From a virus (taxonomy: Duplodnaviria > Caudoviricetes): a stretch of 56,815 nt of DNA. The translations under genes were made by a program, and so were the position numbers. The stretch spans positions 1-56,815 of IMG/VR virus record IMGVR_UViG_3300033141_001667; one strand, given 5' to 3'. Below are positions 8,166 to 16,714 of this stretch, piece by piece; the first letter of the stretch is position 1; every line of letters starts with the position of its first letter. A model generated the notes under the pieces. The model did no database searches, was not told where the DNA came from, and saw nothing but the letters and a program-made list of their open reading frames with translations.

Positions 8166-8333
8166 ATGCCCGACACCGAGAAGTTGCTCAAGGAGATCGG
8201 CGAGGGTGGCATATTCCGGACGAGCAAGCTGGGGATGCTGGGGATTAGTCGTTCGACGGTTAAATGACTGGTCGAACGGGGTGAGGCCGAACAGATATCT
8301 CACGGCCTCTATCGACTCGTTAAAGGAGAATAA
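8166..8333 (+). pseudogene. AbiEi (type IV antitoxin) N-terminal wHTH fragment with in-frame TGA at 8265-8267
   Basis: AAGGAG+ATG: MPDTEKLLKEIGEGGIFRTSKLGMLGISRSTVK*LVERGEAEQISHGLYRLVKGE. Confidence 0.65.
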
Positions 8334-8336
8334 TCT

Positions 8337-8690
8337 GTGTCTCAAACTGACGATAGAATCTTTGATCCTATAGACATTAGTGAGAATCTATTATGCCTAC
8401 TAGATGGCCAAGGATTTGATGCTCCGGTTAAATTTATGGTTCATGCCAGACCTCATGACGATCTAGATAAAGAAATTCCTCTTACCGATTGCGCGAAAAT
8501 CGTTAACTTTGATGAAGGGCCTGCAATATTTGTTCTGGATGAGTGTTCATTAATTGGGCTTCTTGGTCCCATGCTTGAGTATGATGGCATTCACCATATT
8601 TATCTATTCTTTTCCGGCAATAAGACTGATAATGACGGCAACAAGAAGAAAGTTCCGTTTGTAATGGGCAGGATTAACGCAAATCTATGA
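8337..8690 (+). CDS. hypothetical protein
   Basis: 117 aa ORF, GTG start with AAGGAG RBS. Confidence 0.6.
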   Translation: MSQTDDRIFDPIDISENLLCLLDGQGFDAPVKFMVHARPHDDLDKEIPLTDCAKIVNFDEGPAIFVLDECSLIGLLGPMLEYDGIHHIYLFFSGNKTDNDGNKKKVPFVMGRINANL

Positions 8691-8699
8691 GGGGATATT

Positions 8700-9326
8700 A
8701 TGTATGAAGGGAAGTCTATGTATTTACTTGAGGGGAATATAGCTGCTGGCAAATCAACAATAGGCAAAATTCTCAGAGACGAATTTGGATATGGCTTTAT
8801 TGAAGAACCGGTAGGCGCTTGGCAAAAAGATTTTGATGAGAATCTATTAGATTTGTTCTACAGCAATATGCCGCGCTGGGCTTTTACGTTCCAATTTGCA
8901 GCATTCACTACTAGGGCAAAGACATGGACTGAAGTATTAGCTATGACAGATCACGATAAAGTCATCCTGGAACGCTCTATTTTTTGTGATCGCTATGTTT
9001 TCGCAAAAAATTGCTATGAATCCGGTCTCATGAAGAAAACGGAATGGCAACTCTATTGTAAAATGTGGGATTGGCTCCAAAGTAATTGGTGTGCAGAGCC
9101 CGATAAGATCATTTATCTTCGTGTTCCGGCCCAAATCTGTCGTCTTAGAATTGAGCAGAGAGGGCGCGATGAAGAGAATGATATTCAGTTCGAATATTTG
9201 CGCGATTTAGAAATATTACATGATGAATGGCTACTTGATAATCCAAAATGCATGTTAATAAATGCAACCGGCACTACTCCCGAAATAATTGCACAAGAAG
9301 TGGCTAAGGCCATAAGGAACGAATAA
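8700..9326 (+). CDS. deoxynucleoside kinase (dNK family)
   Basis: LEGNIAAGKST P-loop, EEPV, ERS, RGRDEE motifs. Confidence 0.92.
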   Translation: MYEGKSMYLLEGNIAAGKSTIGKILRDEFGYGFIEEPVGAWQKDFDENLLDLFYSNMPRWAFTFQFAAFTTRAKTWTEVLAMTDHDKVILERSIFCDRYVFAKNCYESGLMKKTEWQLYCKMWDWLQSNWCAEPDKIIYLRVPAQICRLRIEQRGRDEENDIQFEYLRDLEILHDEWLLDNPKCMLINATGTTPEIIAQEVAKAIRNE

Positions 9327-9347
9327 ATAGAAAAGGAATCTACCCCA

Positions 9348-9656
9348 ATGACAGAACCAACATACGCAGATGGATTAGTAGAAGGCCGTCTAGTTACACT
9401 CGAAGCAGCCTCAGGCAAATACGAAGAAGAGATACATGGTCTTCGGAGTGATATAACTGGGATGGGCGAATCGCTTAGAAAAGAGATGAGACATTACCTA
9501 GAGCCGATTTATAATCAACTTATGGGTAATGGGCAGCCAGGATTGATTAAGCGGTTTGAGAATATAGCCACAACCGTCAAACTAAATTGGGGAGTAACAC
9601 TGCTTATGTTGGCTGCAATTATCGGTTTGGCATTAAGAGCATTCACCATCATCTAG
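9348..9656 (+). CDS. coiled-coil protein with a C-terminal TM helix (XhlA/holin-like)
   Basis: GNGQPGL motif, hydrophobic C-terminus GVTLLMLAAIIGLALRAF. Confidence 0.6.
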   Translation: MTEPTYADGLVEGRLVTLEAASGKYEEEIHGLRSDITGMGESLRKEMRHYLEPIYNQLMGNGQPGLIKRFENIATTVKLNWGVTLLMLAAIIGLALRAFTII

Positions 9657-9659
9657 TTC

Positions 9660-9688
9660 TTGACTTTCCTCTTACTATGTGCTATAAT
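9660..9688 (+). promoter_or_regulatory. sigma70 promoter TTGACT-N17-TATAAT upstream of the ncRNA/tmRNA region
   Basis: Near-consensus -35 and -10 with extended TG. Confidence 0.75.
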
Positions 9689-9904
9689 AATAATTGGATG
9701 ATTGCGATGTGTATACAATACGAATAGTCGCGGTAAGGATTGGAAATAAATCAGCTGGGCTTCTGCCACAAGTTGTGGCATATTTTTAGGGAGTCTTCTG
9801 GTGAGGTTAATCTGCATAGTAACTAAGAGTGTTTAAAATAAAACCCCGGTGGGAAGCGAATGGCTGGCCAGCCGCGCCTTATTAAACACTGATCATTGAT
9901 ATTT

Positions 9905-10259
9905 GGGGGCAATGGGTATCGATTGGGTACCGGAAGCATAATTGCAAGCGTAGTGCCAACTACTAAACTGGCAACTAAAACGAACTGACACGATCAGATC
10001 ATTCTTCAGCAATCTGAAGGCTAAGGCTACAAGTTTCGTTGATGGGCTTCTCCTTGGCAACGATACATCAACAATTGCTTTACTGGCCACCGCTTAGCGG
10101 AAGTGCCGCGAATAGGCTTTTCTGATTGGGCCGATCAATCAGATGGTGGACGAGACGAAGTCAGTCTCCCCAAAAGCAGCCATGCTTAAATGGACAAGCT
10201 TGTAGATATTGTGTGAAAGGTGCAACAAGACGGGCGTTCAACTCGCCCTGCCTCCACCA
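9905..10259 (+). ncRNA. ssrA: tmRNA (355 nt)
   Basis: Acceptor stem GGGGGCA/TGCCTCC with G3.U70 and encoded ACCA; GAC-GGGCG-TTCAACT-CGCCC T-arm; helix 2 TGCAAGC/GCTTGTA; pseudoknot GTAG/CTAC + TGCCA/TGGCA; tag ORF 9987-10097 ending ALLATA. Confidence 0.93.
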
Positions 10260-10314
10260 GAATATAGTGGGAACTATGGAAAAGTGATGAATAGTGGGAA
10301 GCCAAATCCCTTTT

Positions 10315-10346
10315 AGCTGGACCCAGCAACCATTTTGTAGTATAAT
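10315..10346 (+). promoter_or_regulatory. conserved phage promoter, copy 2, upstream of the terminase-large operon
   Basis: agcTGGACCcagcaaccattttgtagTATAAT. Confidence 0.7.
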
Positions 10347-10376
10347 TAAGCCTACACTCATACATTAGGAGGGGGG

Positions 10377-10541
10377 ATGTCTAACTCTGAAGAAATTATT
10401 ACAGACTACACACCGATTCCAGGCTTCACAAAAGGTAAGGGGCTTTATTGCCTTAAAGTCCCGTGGCTTGTGAGAAAAGGCGCTGCGGGAGAGGCCGACA
10501 GAATACTCAATGAATCAAGTGATAACGAAGCTGACTCCTGA
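10377..10541 (+). CDS. 54 aa hypothetical protein overlapping the terL start
   Basis: AGGAGGGGGG RBS; MSNSEEIITDYTPIPGFTKG... Confidence 0.5.
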   Translation: MSNSEEIITDYTPIPGFTKGKGLYCLKVPWLVRKGAAGEADRILNESSDNEADS

Positions 10542-12024
10542 AGAACGCGATCATCAAGCGTTTATTGCTGCCGACTATAAAAACAACCCAATGAATTTTA
10601 TCAAAAATATTCTTGGGTGCGAGTTGTGGTGGCGACAAGAAGAGATTGTAAAAAGTGTATGGAAGTATAAGCACACATATGTTCATTCGGCTAACTCTAT
10701 AGGTAAAACATATCTGGCTGGTAGACTAGCTCTTGCTTTTTACATGTGTCATATTGGCCCCAATAAAGAAGATGAAACCAAAGTAATTATTGTTGGGGCT
10801 AAATTTGATTCTTTACGATTGCAAACATGGGCTGAGCTAGGTTCTGCATATTACAAAGCGGCCTACCCCCTCGGCGGAAAATTACAAGCAAGAATCTACC
10901 ACGACTCTCCAGATAAACCAGAATCGTACATAGGTATTTTCGGCACAGACAAGGATAGCCCAGAGAATATCCAGGGTTTTCATGCTCCGAATATGCTCAT
11001 CATTGTCGAGGAAGCAAGCAAGCTCGATAGTGAAATAATGAAAGCCCTTGAAGGTTGTGCTGTTGCGGACAATAATCACATTTTGTGTATTGGAAACCCC
11101 ATCAGAACTGAGGGTATTTTCTTCGATAGATGTACGGACCCTAAAAATGAATATCTCAAAGAGGCCGGAATTAGGAACGTCATCGGCATTTCTGCTCTAG
11201 AAGCTCCAAATGTTGTATCTGGGCAAGACATATATCCGGGAATGCCTAATAGGGATTGGGTAGAGCAGCAAAAAGAAGAGTATGGAGAAGAAAGCCCATT
11301 CTATCAGGCCCGCGTATTAGGGCAGTTCCCATCTCAGGGTGAAGATCAGATTATCCCACTTGATTTAATCTATGATGCCTGTACTGATGAGCGACTTGAA
11401 CGCACTAGAATAGATACAGAAAATCGTGTTATGGCTCTCGATATTGCCAGACAAGGTGAAGATAAGTCTGCTATTGTTGGCATGTCCGGTGATTATGTAG
11501 AAGTACTGCATATGCGCAGGATAACCGATACGACAGTTACGAGAGATTGGTTCAAGCAAGAATTGTCCGATTTTAAAGGCGCGATACCCGGCATTGATGA
11601 AAATGGTCTCGGTGGTGGACCATATGACGAACTTAGGAAAGAGCGCATACCAGTTCGTGGCTGGATCTCTCAGCGGAAACCAGTTGACCAAGAGCGATTT
11701 TCGGATTTGAAATCAGAGACATTATGGAGTTTAAGAAAGAGATTTGAAGACGGTCTTATTGCAATACCGGAGAGCGAGTATAAAGATAAGCTGATAAGAG
11801 ATCTCGCTGGATATAGATATGGATTCGACAATAAAGGAAAACTTAAAAGCATAGATCCACATAAATCACCTGATCTTGGAGATGCGTTACTAATAGATCA
11901 CTGGTTACAGACGGCTGGAAAGCTGGGCTTAAAAATTGAATGTGGTAGCGCACCATCAGAAGATCGGGTTAATCTAGGCAGCATTGATAGAATATCAGTA
12001 GATATAGCGAATAGGGAGTTCTAG
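10510..12024 (+). CDS. terL: terminase large subunit
   Basis: WWRQEEI, HSANSIGKT (Walker A), IIVEEAS (Walker B), IGNP, ARVLGQFP, ALDIARQGEDKS and SPDLGDA nuclease motifs. Confidence 0.95.
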   Translation: MNQVITKLTPEERDHQAFIAADYKNNPMNFIKNILGCELWWRQEEIVKSVWKYKHTYVHSANSIGKTYLAGRLALAFYMCHIGPNKEDETKVIIVGAKFDSLRLQTWAELGSAYYKAAYPLGGKLQARIYHDSPDKPESYIGIFGTDKDSPENIQGFHAPNMLIIVEEASKLDSEIMKALEGCAVADNNHILCIGNPIRTEGIFFDRCTDPKNEYLKEAGIRNVIGISALEAPNVVSGQDIYPGMPNRDWVEQQKEEYGEESPFYQARVLGQFPSQGEDQIIPLDLIYDACTDERLERTRIDTENRVMALDIARQGEDKSAIVGMSGDYVEVLHMRRITDTTVTRDWFKQELSDFKGAIPGIDENGLGGGPYDELRKERIPVRGWISQRKPVDQERFSDLKSETLWSLRKRFEDGLIAIPESEYKDKLIRDLAGYRYGFDNKGKLKSIDPHKSPDLGDALLIDHWLQTAGKLGLKIECGSAPSEDRVNLGSIDRISVDIANREF

Positions 12025-12026
12025 TT

Positions 12027-14210
12027 ATGGTAGAAGATAAAAAACTGCTTCTAGCAGGAGAGACAGGTCTTGAGGGAACAGAAATTTCTTCTGGTATTAT
12101 TCGGGAGCCATATATTTCTTCTACTATCCTTGGAGAAGACTATCTAGAAGACTGGACAATAGATACAGTGAATCATATGCTGTGTGGAGATGGGCAAGTA
12201 TCTGGTGTGTGGAAAGCTATTATGCTGGCTCTTCTACAGGGCAATTGGTCTATAGAACCATATGTGGAGAGAGGGAAAGAGAAACCTACTACTAAGAACA
12301 AAAAGATTGCAGAAGACATTGGTAATCAGTTAGCAGATATATGGAAACCCACTCTAAATGAAGCCGTTTACTATTTGCCGTATGGGTTTTCTATTTTTGA
12401 AGTTACAATGCGAGAACAAGGCGGGAAAATTATATGGGATCGCATTGCGCCCAGGCTACAACATACCATCAATAAGTGGGAATCAGAGAAGGGACACGTA
12501 GCCAGTGTCAATCAATATGTCTGGGATGATAAGCTAGGGATGTACCGCAATGACATCTGGATTCCTGGCAGGCGCATTCTGCGTTTTACGAACGATCAAC
12601 GCGGAGCAAATTTTGAGGGCCAGAGTTTTATGCGGGGCGCATATAAACATTTCCTTATCAATAATGCCCTGTATAAAATTAGTGCGATTTATTGGGAGAA
12701 GCACGGTATTGGCACAATTGTTGCCGCATCCCCTCCTGGAGCCAATGAGGATCAAGAGAAAGCACTGAAAGAAATCCTTCCTGGTTTAAGGGCAAACGAA
12801 CATGGCTATGTTTATCTCGGCCCCGTAGCCGGAGAAGTCAAACTCGAAGATATGCTTACGGTTATGGTTCCAAAAGGCGGCAGCGAGGGAATGGACGGTT
12901 TGCTTAAGTTCATTGTACACAACGATACTCTAATAGCCAGATCTATGCTTGCCCAATTTATGAGTCTTGGGGAGCAGGGCGCTGGAACGCGCTCTCTCAG
13001 TGCAGATATGAATGATCTGTTTCTAATGAATCTTGAGGCCATTACTGGTTACATAAGTCATATTATCTCTAATGGAAATTATGGAGAAAATAGGGGAATC
13101 AAAGATCTTGTTGATATCAATTATGGTGAAGTAGACGGATATCCTAGATGGGTTTGTGGCAGAACGAAGAAAACTGATAGCTCAGCAATCGGTGCCGTAA
13201 TCGCTCAGCTCGTCCAATCGGGCGCAATGCGACCCGATGATTCGTTAGAAGATTTTCTACGCGGCATTCTCGGCGCTCCAAAAGATCTTATTAACCCCCG
13301 GCAAGCAAGCATAGCTACAAGGACAACCCAAAAGAATAATGTTGATTCAATAGACACGCCAGAGAATAGCGAGATGTCGGAACTCAAGAAATTTGAAGAA
13401 GGTATAATCCCGGCACCATTAAGGCGCGGCCGATTTCCATGGGAAGCGAATATAAGATTCGAGGAAATTAGAGATCGGTTAGATAGTCAAGAGGATCGCA
13501 TTGTTTCTAAATGGCGGGATATCTTCATTCAACAGATTGATGCAATTGGCGAAACAGTTGGTTCTATTGTCTCTCGAAAAGATTTAGAAAAAATTTACTC
13601 CGCAGAAGTGCCACTACAAGACGAGCTTGCTGAATATATCGCTTTAACACTACAATCAGTTCACTCTAGCGGACGTAGCGATGTAAAGAATGAGATGTTA
13701 GCACAGATTGCCGTACCATTATTCCAAGAGGACGAAGAGAAAGATGACGAAGAAATCTTGCCATTGTTTGTTCTCCAGGGAAGAAAAGCAGCCGAACGGT
13801 TAGCATCTAAGACTAAACAGGCGATAGAAGCTGCGGCAATTGCCGCTCTAGTGGCTGCAGAAGAAGCGTTATGGGAAGATATTCGAGAAAGAGCGATGCT
13901 TCTATCCGATCAATATGCGCGAGATGAGAGCAAATTCGTCAATTCGGCATATGGAATGGGCAGGAATGAAGTTATTGCAGCCGCTATCGCTGCTGGATTG
14001 GTTGAGGAGAGATACTATTCAGCAATGTTTGACGCTTGTGAGGTTTGCGCTGCAATGGACGGGGTAAAATATTCGGAGAGGCCCTTCGTTATACCAAATC
14101 CCGCGTGTTTAGGAGCGATTTACTCTAAAGCTGGCGGCAACCCATGTAGGTGTTTAGTCATCGTTATTCTTGAGGTTGGCGTGTTGTCTAATCAGATTCA
14201 GGCTCTTTAA
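12027..14210 (+). CDS. portal protein (DUF935/Mu gp29-like) fused to a C-terminal MuF/gp7-like head morphogenesis domain
   Basis: Follows terL; PYGFSIFEV, NFEGQSFMRGAY, IARSMLAQFMSLG; C-terminal YYSAMFDACEVCAAMDG...NPCRC. Confidence 0.88.
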   Translation: MVEDKKLLLAGETGLEGTEISSGIIREPYISSTILGEDYLEDWTIDTVNHMLCGDGQVSGVWKAIMLALLQGNWSIEPYVERGKEKPTTKNKKIAEDIGNQLADIWKPTLNEAVYYLPYGFSIFEVTMREQGGKIIWDRIAPRLQHTINKWESEKGHVASVNQYVWDDKLGMYRNDIWIPGRRILRFTNDQRGANFEGQSFMRGAYKHFLINNALYKISAIYWEKHGIGTIVAASPPGANEDQEKALKEILPGLRANEHGYVYLGPVAGEVKLEDMLTVMVPKGGSEGMDGLLKFIVHNDTLIARSMLAQFMSLGEQGAGTRSLSADMNDLFLMNLEAITGYISHIISNGNYGENRGIKDLVDINYGEVDGYPRWVCGRTKKTDSSAIGAVIAQLVQSGAMRPDDSLEDFLRGILGAPKDLINPRQASIATRTTQKNNVDSIDTPENSEMSELKKFEEGIIPAPLRRGRFPWEANIRFEEIRDRLDSQEDRIVSKWRDIFIQQIDAIGETVGSIVSRKDLEKIYSAEVPLQDELAEYIALTLQSVHSSGRSDVKNEMLAQIAVPLFQEDEEKDDEEILPLFVLQGRKAAERLASKTKQAIEAAAIAALVAAEEALWEDIRERAMLLSDQYARDESKFVNSAYGMGRNEVIAAAIAAGLVEERYYSAMFDACEVCAAMDGVKYSERPFVIPNPACLGAIYSKAGGNPCRCLVIVILEVGVLSNQIQAL

Positions 14211-14217
14211 TATTCTT

Positions 14218-14643
14218 TCAATCCTCCTTAGGCAGCAGAGCAATGGCCTTTTCTCTTGATGCCTTCGCATCTGCATACATCTTGCGGATTCTGTTGCTAC
14301 TTGGTGCATAGATTGCCGCGTTTGCTAGGTACCCCTTCACCTCTGCATCCTCACACCAATCCCAGATCAGACGCAACGCCTCATCCTTCTTCGCGATGTG
14401 CTGCTCTAGGGCATCGATGTGCTTTGTTTGTGTTGCGATTACCTCGTCAAATCCATAATCTTCTGGACAGCAAGCAGCTTCGCGTTCTTCCCAATCACTC
14501 AACTCCGCTTCCAGGGAAAATAGTCTGTCCCATGTTGTCTCCATTCTGCGCCCATCTGTCAGAACGAACGTCACGTCGCCTGATAAATCCTCGCCATTCG
14601 CAATAACTACTACGCCGTTGTCTAGCTCATTCGTGTGACTCAT
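14218..14643 (-). CDS. hypothetical protein in a reverse-oriented insert
   Basis: GGGAGG RBS before MSHTNELD; WEEREAACCPEDYGFDE motif. Confidence 0.65.
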   Translation of the reverse strand: MSHTNELDNGVVVIANGEDLSGDVTFVLTDGRRMETTWDRLFSLEAELSDWEEREAACCPEDYGFDEVIATQTKHIDALEQHIAKKDEALRLIWDWCEDAEVKGYLANAAIYAPSSNRIRKMYADAKASREKAIALLPKED

Positions 14644-14657
14644 CGTTCCTCCCTTTC

Positions 14658-14897
14658 TCAAGCCCGCTCACTCGCCGCTCTAGGTGCGGCCCAATCGAAT
14701 TGATCATCATCCCACCTAATCGTTCTCTTGTTGACAATCAACTCTTGACCGCACAGGCATCGAAAACGTATGGTTCGTTTCCCAGGACCCGAACCAACAT
14801 ATTCAGTGTGACAAGATGGACAAACATATGATGGATAGGATTCTATGACCTCATGATCAACAATGTCAACGCGCTTCGGTCGTTTAGTAACACTCAT
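14658..14897 (-). CDS. zinc-ribbon protein
   Basis: CPSC...CLCG; AGGAGG RBS. Confidence 0.7.
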   Translation of the reverse strand: MSVTKRPKRVDIVDHEVIESYPSYVCPSCHTEYVGSGPGKRTIRFRCLCGQELIVNKRTIRWDDDQFDWAAPRAASERA

Positions 14898-15065
14898 CTC
14901 GCCCTCCTAGTCGTTGTACCTCTCTGATGCCAGCGATATTTGTTGCTTCTCGCACGGCGTCGGCCCTATCTGCGGCGATTCAGCGTAGTGTGTCACTCCC
15001 GAAACAAGACCGTCGCCTTGGAACAGATTGTAGCACTTTTATAGCCACCTCATTATTTGGTCATT

Positions 15066-15094
15066 AGTATAACAAATGCCACAGTAAAAGTCAA
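15066..15094 (-). promoter_or_regulatory. promoter TTGACT-N17-TATACT
   Basis: Twin of 15276-15304 and 47263-47291 (TTGACTTTT...TATACT). Confidence 0.7.
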
Positions 15095-15104
15095 CACTTA
15101 TATG

Positions 15105-15254
15105 CTATCGATTATCTAGCGTGTAGCCCACCCAACCGGCAATTGCCCCCACGAGAAAACTAATTGGTATTCCAACAAATCCAAGGCGCCATCCGAGGAT
15201 TCCGCCGATAACCATTACTGTTCCGAGACAGATAATTGTATATTTCCCGATCAT
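15105..15254 (-). CDS. 49 aa two-TM membrane protein with its own promoter
   Basis: GGGAGG RBS; MIGKYTIICLGTVMVIGGILGWRLGFVGIPISFLVGAIAGWVGYTLDNR; not in the ORF track. Confidence 0.65.
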   Translation of the reverse strand: MIGKYTIICLGTVMVIGGILGWRLGFVGIPISFLVGAIAGWVGYTLDNR

Positions 15255-15275
15255 TGTTCCTCCCTTTTAGCCATT

Positions 15276-15304
15276 AGTATAGCAAAAACAACAACAAAAG
15301 TCAA
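15276..15304 (-). promoter_or_regulatory. promoter TTGACT-N17-TATACT
   Basis: Directly upstream of the RBS of 15105..15254. Confidence 0.7.
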
Positions 15305-15320
15305 GCATTAGGAGTGCTAT

Positions 15321-16712
15321 ATGCCCTGGAGCGCAGATTCATATCCGAATTCATTTAAATCTTTGACTGTAAAGCAGAGAAATAAGGCTATTTCAATAGC
15401 TAATAATATATTAAAATCATGTATCGCTAAAGGTGGGAAAAGTGAATCAGAATGTGCTGGCATCGCAATAGCCACTGCGTTGTCTAAAGTAAAGGAGAGT
15501 TCTATGGCAGAAGAAAATAAAGGCAGCAACACTCTCTTAGCCGAAGTCACAAGGCTAAGTGAAATCGTCAAAAATTTCAATGACGGTGTGCGCGGGGTCA
15601 AAGTGGCTATAGATATTGCCCATGAACCTGATCGCGGGGCTGTCGCATGGATTGAAGGACTTGAGCTTGGCCCATCGTCTACACAACCCGGTAAACAAGC
15701 CCTATGGGCTATGGTTAAATGGAATAAAACCGGAATAAATCTCATTGCAAATGAAGTTTACAAATATATTTCCTCCGAATTTGGTGATGATGTTAATGGC
15801 GAGAACGGCAAAGTGACTAAGAACGTTCTAATTGCCGCTACATTAACCAACAGACCATTTGTTAAGGGAATGACCGCTGTTGAACTCGATGAAGACGGCA
15901 ATCCCCCATCTAGAATTGAAATTTTAAGAGAAGGAGATTATTTTCATCCTTCGTATGGAAAAATGGTAATCAAAGCAGAGGAAACACAATCATTAGTTCA
16001 TAAAATTGTTTCGGCGGTACTTAATGCCATGGGAAAAGAAACACTAGGAGCTGAAACGGTCAGCGCTATGGAGACCGATGAAGGCAACGAAGCAAATAAA
16101 TTAAGTGAGGTGGAAGAAATGGATCAGATTCGGGAACTGCTAGTAGAACTAGGAGTCAAGCTCGAAGAGGATACCGATGTGATGGAGGCTCTTAAAGCTC
16201 ACATTGCAACATTGAGCACTGCGGCTGAAGAGAGCGAGAAGAAGCTTGAAGAGGCTGGCGAGGAAGATAGCAAGGTCCTTGAAGAGAAATTAGCGACTGC
16301 TAAGAAGCTCGAAGAGGAGCAAGCGAAAGCCAAGAAGCTCGAAGAAGAAAAGAAGGCGCTTGAAGACGAGAAAGAAACACTCGCAGATCGCGTTGTTAAG
16401 TTAGAAGAGGTTAATCGGCTTGCAGAGCGCGATAGATTCCTAAGCCAGATGATTCGAGATGGCAAGCTGCGCCCAGCCGATAAAACGAAGTTTGAGGATC
16501 TATATGACAAAGCCCCCGACGAAGTTAAGAATTTACTTAGTGAGGGTGAAGTTGTAGTTGATCTTGGTAATGAAATCGGAAGCGATTCTGATAATTCAGC
16601 AGATGATGAGGACGATGCAGATCTGAAGGCCGCGAAGACTCTTGCGGCTAAAGATGGTATTGGACTTGCAGAAGCTTACACAAAAGTAATTGCGTTAGGG
16701 AAAGGTGAATAA
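15321..16712 (+). CDS. Mu-like I prohead protease/scaffold with a small N-terminal ChaB/DUF2188-associated-like domain
   Basis: AIDIAHE, LWAMVKWN, YKYISSEF, LTNRPFVKGM motifs; acidic coiled-coil scaffold tail; N-terminal MPWSADSYPNSFKSL..KAISIAN. Confidence 0.85.
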   Translation: MPWSADSYPNSFKSLTVKQRNKAISIANNILKSCIAKGGKSESECAGIAIATALSKVKESSMAEENKGSNTLLAEVTRLSEIVKNFNDGVRGVKVAIDIAHEPDRGAVAWIEGLELGPSSTQPGKQALWAMVKWNKTGINLIANEVYKYISSEFGDDVNGENGKVTKNVLIAATLTNRPFVKGMTAVELDEDGNPPSRIEILREGDYFHPSYGKMVIKAEETQSLVHKIVSAVLNAMGKETLGAETVSAMETDEGNEANKLSEVEEMDQIRELLVELGVKLEEDTDVMEALKAHIATLSTAAEESEKKLEEAGEEDSKVLEEKLATAKKLEEEQAKAKKLEEEKKALEDEKETLADRVVKLEEVNRLAERDRFLSQMIRDGKLRPADKTKFEDLYDKAPDEVKNLLSEGEVVVDLGNEIGSDSDNSADDEDDADLKAAKTLAAKDGIGLAEAYTKVIALGKGE

Positions 16713-16714
16713 CA

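Noticed and set aside
1033-8333. Stop-codon reassignment (TGA or TAG)
   Set aside because: Core genes end in TAG, TAA and TGA with normal coupling, long ORFs are intact in code 11, the interrupted positions imply different residues, and no UCA or CUA suppressor tRNA is seen.
9905-10259. tmRNA as a host attachment site marking a prophage boundary
   Set aside because: Phage genes lie on both sides, no integrase is visible and the 3' end is not duplicated; only 8 nt are shared with the tRNA-like element at 44737-44744.
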